Source: Gemmatimonadota bacterium
GTDB taxonomy: Bacteria > Gemmatimonadota > Gemmatimonadetes > Gemmatimonadales > GWC2-71-9
NCBI GenBank assembly: GCA_029863245.1
Contig: JAOTVV010000003.1
Location: 82,591-146,590, forward strand
Reading direction: 5' to 3'
DNA: 64,000 bases
A program made the translations under genes and the position numbers. Within the stretch, counting starts at the first letter, position 1. Every line of letters begins with the position of its first letter. The notes under the pieces are model-generated. The model did not search any database. It worked only from the letters and a program-made list of their open reading frames with translations, and was not told where the DNA came from. Positions 61,201 through 64,000 of the stretch are shown here, in pieces.

Positions 61201-61591
61201 CCTGAACAACGGCGACGGAACCTTCACCCTCCAGCCCCTGCCCACCGAGGCCCAGTTCGCCCCGATCTACGCCGCGCTGCCGGGTGACTTCGATGGCGAC
61301 GGGCTCACCGATGTCGTCGTCGCAGGCAACTTCTTTGGGGTCACGCCCGCGCGCGGGCGGTACGATGCCAGTTATGGCCTGTTACTTCGCGGGGACGGCA
61401 CTGGTGGCTTGGCAGCGGTCGACCTGGAGGAGAGCAATCTGGTGATCGTTGGCCAGGTGCGGCACCTGGCACTGCTGCGACATGCGGACGGCGGCCGATT
61501 GATCGTCGTGGCGCGGAACGACGACACGCTCCGGATCATCCGCCCCCTGCGCTCGCCTCATCCGGGCGGCGGCTCGGCCACCACGCCCTGA
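58241..61591 (+). CDS. CRTAC1-family / ASPIC-UnbV protein with FG-GAP (VCBS) repeats, lipoprotein, paralogue 2
   Basis: Collinear with paralogue 1 ([28 protein letters not shown]..., GIGAKVVVEHDG...GFQSSVD). GTG 58241 gives the lipoprotein signal ...LLVLAGC. The track start at ATG 58184 is an alternative. Confidence 0.85.
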   Translation: MSVEHRITLLGAAGLLVLAGCGRAEQAPPLFDLLPAERTGVSFVNELPEAPEINILNYLNYYNGGGVAAGDVDGDGLVDLYFTSNLGPDRLYRNKGDYRFEDITERAGVGGAQGWTTGATMADVNGDGHLDIYVSTVTHLTLRGGNVLYINDGSGTFTDRTAEYGLEHVGYSTQAAFFDYDGDGDLDMYLLNHSTHEERGRTWNPQRETRHPTAGDRLFRNDGNRFVDVSQASGIYGGVEGYGLGVIVSDLDVDGCPDIFVTNDFHESDFLYLNNCDGTFTESVATSTGHTSLSSMGVDAADFTNDGRPDLMVLDMLPEREEVLKSAASAEDMDVYQMKLRVGYHPQYVRNTLQVNRGRGRFSEIGYLAGVYATDWSWTPLFADLDNDGDKDLLVTNGIYRRPNDLDFITYVADRDVQASLADGITEELLATLEEKMPQVPISNYAYRNNGDLTFTNMADAWGLAQPGFSTGAVYVDLNNDGALDLVVNNINAPAGIYRNRAREINGHHFLTVRLEGSGANTGGIGAKVVVEHDGIMQLLELMPTRGFQSSVDPRLHFGLGASPRIDSLIVIWPDHRYQVLRDVAVDQTVTLSQEDAAGRYPNRQPAGEPLFADITTQLAIDVKHEENRFFDYTREPLIPHQLSTEGPALAVGDVNGDGLDDLYVGGAKWQAGQLLVQQRDGRFRRTNETVFQADSLHEDVDAVLFDANGDGYQDLYVVSAGNEFWGDQEALRDRLYVNDGQGRFHRDEDALPAFFENGSCVVPGDFDGDGHLDLFVGGRVVSRRYGLAPRSYLLQNDGTGRFRDVTVEKAEALAEVGMVSSAAWVDYDDDGRLDLIVVGEWMPVRVFRQQAGRFVDRTTEAGLSGTNGWWNSVSVADLRGTGRPDLILGNLGLNSYIRASPKEPARLYIHDFAQSGGLQQILTFYKNGVSYPLAGRDELVRAIPQLQSRYASYAEFGASRIQDIFPPSTLRQAEVREAYLFASSAALNNGDGTFTLQPLPTEAQFAPIYAALPGDFDGDGLTDVVVAGNFFGVTPARGRYDASYGLLLRGDGTGGLAAVDLEESNLVIVGQVRHLALLRHADGGRLIVVARNDDTLRIIRPLRSPHPGGGSATTP

Positions 61592-62400
61592 TCCGAGGAG
61601 AAAGGCGGGGTCGCCCGCGCATCGGGCCGCCCCGCATTCGCACGGGAGGTCCACCACATCTCGACGAGCAGCGCGACCGGCCCCACGAGGAACAGCGCGT
61701 AGAACGGTGCATAGATGACCTCGGCCAGCCGCAGAAGCATCTCCACGAACGCGATGATACACACGACCACGATGGCGCCCCGCATGGACGATACGGTGGT
61801 CTTTGGATCCGTAATCATGAACAGCGCAAAGAGCTGGTACATAGGACCGGTGATTGGGGCCGCCTCGGTCACGAACGCACTGCCTGTGATCAGGCTCCGC
61901 ACGAAGGCCAAGATGAAAAAGGACACCACGTAGGCCACCGTGATGTGCGCGCGCTTGGCACGCCAGATCGTGAACAGACCCACTGCCCAGATCACGAGCA
62001 TCGGCCACAGGTCGTTCCCCCACTGTACGCTCAAGGGCGCCACGGCAAACGGCGCCAGAAAGAGCAGGGCGCAGATGCCGAAATTGGAGGGGTTCCAGAG
62101 GTGCCGCCCCTTCGTGCGCAGGACGTACTTGGACATGATGGAGAGCACCCCGCCGACGGCGTAGGGCCACAACATGGGCGAACGCACGAGGATCGCTATG
62201 CTGATCCCGGAGATGTAGGCGCTGGCGAGCTGGTGCGGCGTGCCCGTGAGGAGTCGGCGCAGCGAGACTTCCGTCGCAATGGCCGAGAGCACGGCGAGGG
62301 CGATCGCCTCGTACCCGCGCAGCACACCGTATGACCAGTGGGCGCCGAGCAGGATGAGCGTGATGAGGAGGGGACCCGTCAGGCGCCTGTCGACCTTCAC
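61558..62400 (-). CDS. polytopic integral membrane protein, family not recognised
   Basis: GTG 62400 in a GTGA overlap with the upstream CRTAC1-like gene. 280 aa with about 8 hydrophobic segments. It contains HLWNPSNFG, reminiscent of the NP-loop of RnfD/NqrB-type proteins, but no flavinylation motif. Confidence 0.6.
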   Translation of the reverse strand: MKVDRRLTGPLLITLILLGAHWSYGVLRGYEAIALAVLSAIATEVSLRRLLTGTPHQLASAYISGISIAILVRSPMLWPYAVGGVLSIMSKYVLRTKGRHLWNPSNFGICALLFLAPFAVAPLSVQWGNDLWPMLVIWAVGLFTIWRAKRAHITVAYVVSFFILAFVRSLITGSAFVTEAAPITGPMYQLFALFMITDPKTTVSSMRGAIVVVCIIAFVEMLLRLAEVIYAPFYALFLVGPVALLVEMWWTSRANAGRPDARATPPFSSDQGVVAEPPPG

Positions 62401-64000
62401 TTGGGCTCCCTGATGGCATGCAGCGTGTTGATGGCGGGCGTCGGAATGGTCTGCACGATGCCCGAGGGCCAGCGGATCACGACGCTGTCGACCTGTGAGG
62501 CCGCGCCGAGGCCGAAATGTGCACGGCGCTGGTTCTGCGCGGCGAACCCGTTGCCCCCCTCGATCTGCCGAAGCTGCTCCATCCCGGCCCGATAGAGGCG
62601 GATCTCCGCGCCGATCGCGCTCCGGTTGCTCCGTGTGCCCTCCAACGTGAACGCGATCCAGCCGTGCGTCGGAGTGACCGTGTTCCTATAGACCAGCAGC
62701 GGCCCGCGCTGGTTGGCCACTATGGCGTCGAGCGCGCCGCGGTTCCACAGATCGGCGAACGCCACGGCGCGCCCATCGTTCGCGTTGACGGATCCGACCG
62801 CTCGCGTGACGTCCTGAAAGCGGCCCGCACCGTCATTCAGCCACACGCGGTCCTCCTGGTAGCCGGAGAGGCTGCGGCCGCGCATGGCCGGCCAGTTACC
62901 CGCGTCGGCGATGATGTTGCGATAGCCACCGGCGACCATCGAGTAGTCGTACCAGTAGCTCTCGCGCGTCTCGCCTGACACGTATCCGTTTGTCACGAAG
63001 AGATCGAGCCAGCCGTCGTTGTTCAGGTCGCCGAACTGGGCGCCGAAGGCGAAACCGGCCAGCTCGACACCCATGGCGCCAGCCAGGTTCCGATAGCTGG
63101 GGTTCTCGCCTGGTACGTGCGTGGGCACCCACAGATCGTTGCCGTGGATGAGCACTCCGGGCTCGGAGATGTTGCTCACGTAGAGGATCCACTCCCCGCG
63201 GTTGAACACGTCCCCGAACGACGCATTCATGCCGCTCTTGGGGGTGCGGGCCACATTCGCAGCCCGGCCGATCTCACGAAAGCGCTGACCTCCGTCGTTG
63301 AGATAGAGCTCGTTGATCCCATAGTCGTTGGCCACGAAGAGATCCGGATCGCCGTCGCCATCCACATCGGCCGTCGCCGCGGCGAGCGTCCAGCGTCTCG
63401 TGATGAGACCGGCGCCATCGGCAACTTCTTCGAACGAGCCATCACCCCGATTGCGCAACAGATAGTTTCGCCCGCCATTTTGCGCGTACTCGAAGCTCTC
63501 CGGCATGATGCGCGTGTGCGGAAGGTTCCACAGATCCACGTCCGCCGGGTAGAAGGCGCCCACAAAGAGATCCAGCCAACCGTCGCGGTCGTAGTCGAAC
63601 CAGACAGCCGTGTTGGCATTGATCCAAGCAGGGAGCTCGACGCGCTCGGTGACGCGCGAGAAGCCCCGCCCACCGTCGTTGCGGAACAGCTCGGGGTGAC
63701 CCCACCGGTAGAGGAACAGGTCTTCGTAGCCGTCGTTGTCGTAGTCGCCCCAGACGGCGCCCATCGAGACGCCGGTGGCTCGCCGATTCACGTCTGCCAC
63801 GCCCAGTCGGGCGGCCACGTCCTCGAATGTGCCGTCGCCCCTGTTGCGGTAGAGCGCGTTCCGGCCACCCACCGCGCTATTCGTCACGTACAGGTCCTGC
63901 CATCCGTCGCGGTCGAAATCCATAACCGAGACGGCGGCGCCGTACGCTGCCACCGCCGGCATGATCGGCTCGAGTTTGGGGTCGAGCACCGGGGGCTGGT
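62397..64000 (-). CDS. CRTAC1-family / ASPIC-UnbV protein with FG-GAP repeats, paralogue 3 (5' end beyond window)
   Basis: The frame stays open to the window edge. FG-GAP motifs (DFDRDGWQDLYV, DVDGDGDPDLFVAND). C-terminal UnbV_ASPIC-like NRSAIGAEIRLY...GFAAQNQRRAHFGLG...VVIRWPSG. Confidence 0.8.
   Translation of the reverse strand, partial: QPPVLDPKLEPIMPAVAAYGAAVSVMDFDRDGWQDLYVTNSAVGGRNALYRNRGDGTFEDVAARLGVADVNRRATGVSMGAVWGDYDNDGYEDLFLYRWGHPELFRNDGGRGFSRVTERVELPAWINANTAVWFDYDRDGWLDLFVGAFYPADVDLWNLPHTRIMPESFEYAQNGGRNYLLRNRGDGSFEEVADGAGLITRRWTLAAATADVDGDGDPDLFVANDYGINELYLNDGGQRFREIGRAANVARTPKSGMNASFGDVFNRGEWILYVSNISEPGVLIHGNDLWVPTHVPGENPSYRNLAGAMGVELAGFAFGAQFGDLNNDGWLDLFVTNGYVSGETRESYWYDYSMVAGGYRNIIADAGNWPAMRGRSLSGYQEDRVWLNDGAGRFQDVTRAVGSVNANDGRAVAFADLWNRGALDAIVANQRGPLLVYRNTVTPTHGWIAFTLEGTRSNRSAIGAEIRLYRAGMEQLRQIEGGNGFAAQNQRRAHFGLGAASQVDSVVIRWPSGIVQTIPTPAINTLHAIREPK

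Overview
GC-rich bacterial chromosomal window, about 64 kb, densely coded. Many genes are joined by 4-nt ATGA/GTGA stop-start overlaps. A SusC/SusD pair, a T9SS-type C-terminal domain and CRTAC1/ASPIC-UnbV proteins in a very GC-rich background suggest an FCB-superphylum, Gemmatimonadota-like organism; this is inference, not a search result.

Gene content in order:
- 1-9.2 kb, housekeeping: methylmalonyl-CoA mutase tail, argS, PfkB kinase, purM, ribD-ribE-ribBA-ribH-nusB, GT4 glycosyltransferase.
- 9.2-14.9 kb: hpf-hprK plus a complete mannose-family PTS (EIIA/B/C/D, HPr, EI).
- 14.9-19.1 kb: metK, ahcY, a DUF151-type nuclease, and a membrane-anchored hypothetical protein.
- 19.1-24.0 kb: a cobalamin riboswitch driving btuF-btuC-btuD and a TonB-dependent receptor.
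- 24.0-33.1 kb: recO-selB, a cargo-less T9SS-tail protein, clpB, tadA, a DDAH-like gene, and an ECF sigma / anti-sigma / lipoprotein operon.
- 33.3-48.5 kb, the main finding: a 15-kb minus-strand operon with korA-korB, an unknown 339-aa protein, rnfB, a 1673-aa PFOR with a C-terminal ferredoxin-like domain, rnfCDGEA, an unlisted 58-aa NqrM-like Cys-rich peptide, and apbE.
- 48.8-64.0 kb: tRNA-Ser(GGA), then a PUL-like locus with susC-susD, three CRTAC1/ASPIC-UnbV paralogues, a stand-alone TonB-plug lipoprotein and a polytopic membrane protein.

No CRISPR array, transposase, integrase or rRNA was seen. Many long ORFs in the track are antisense or N-terminally over-extended artefacts of high GC content.
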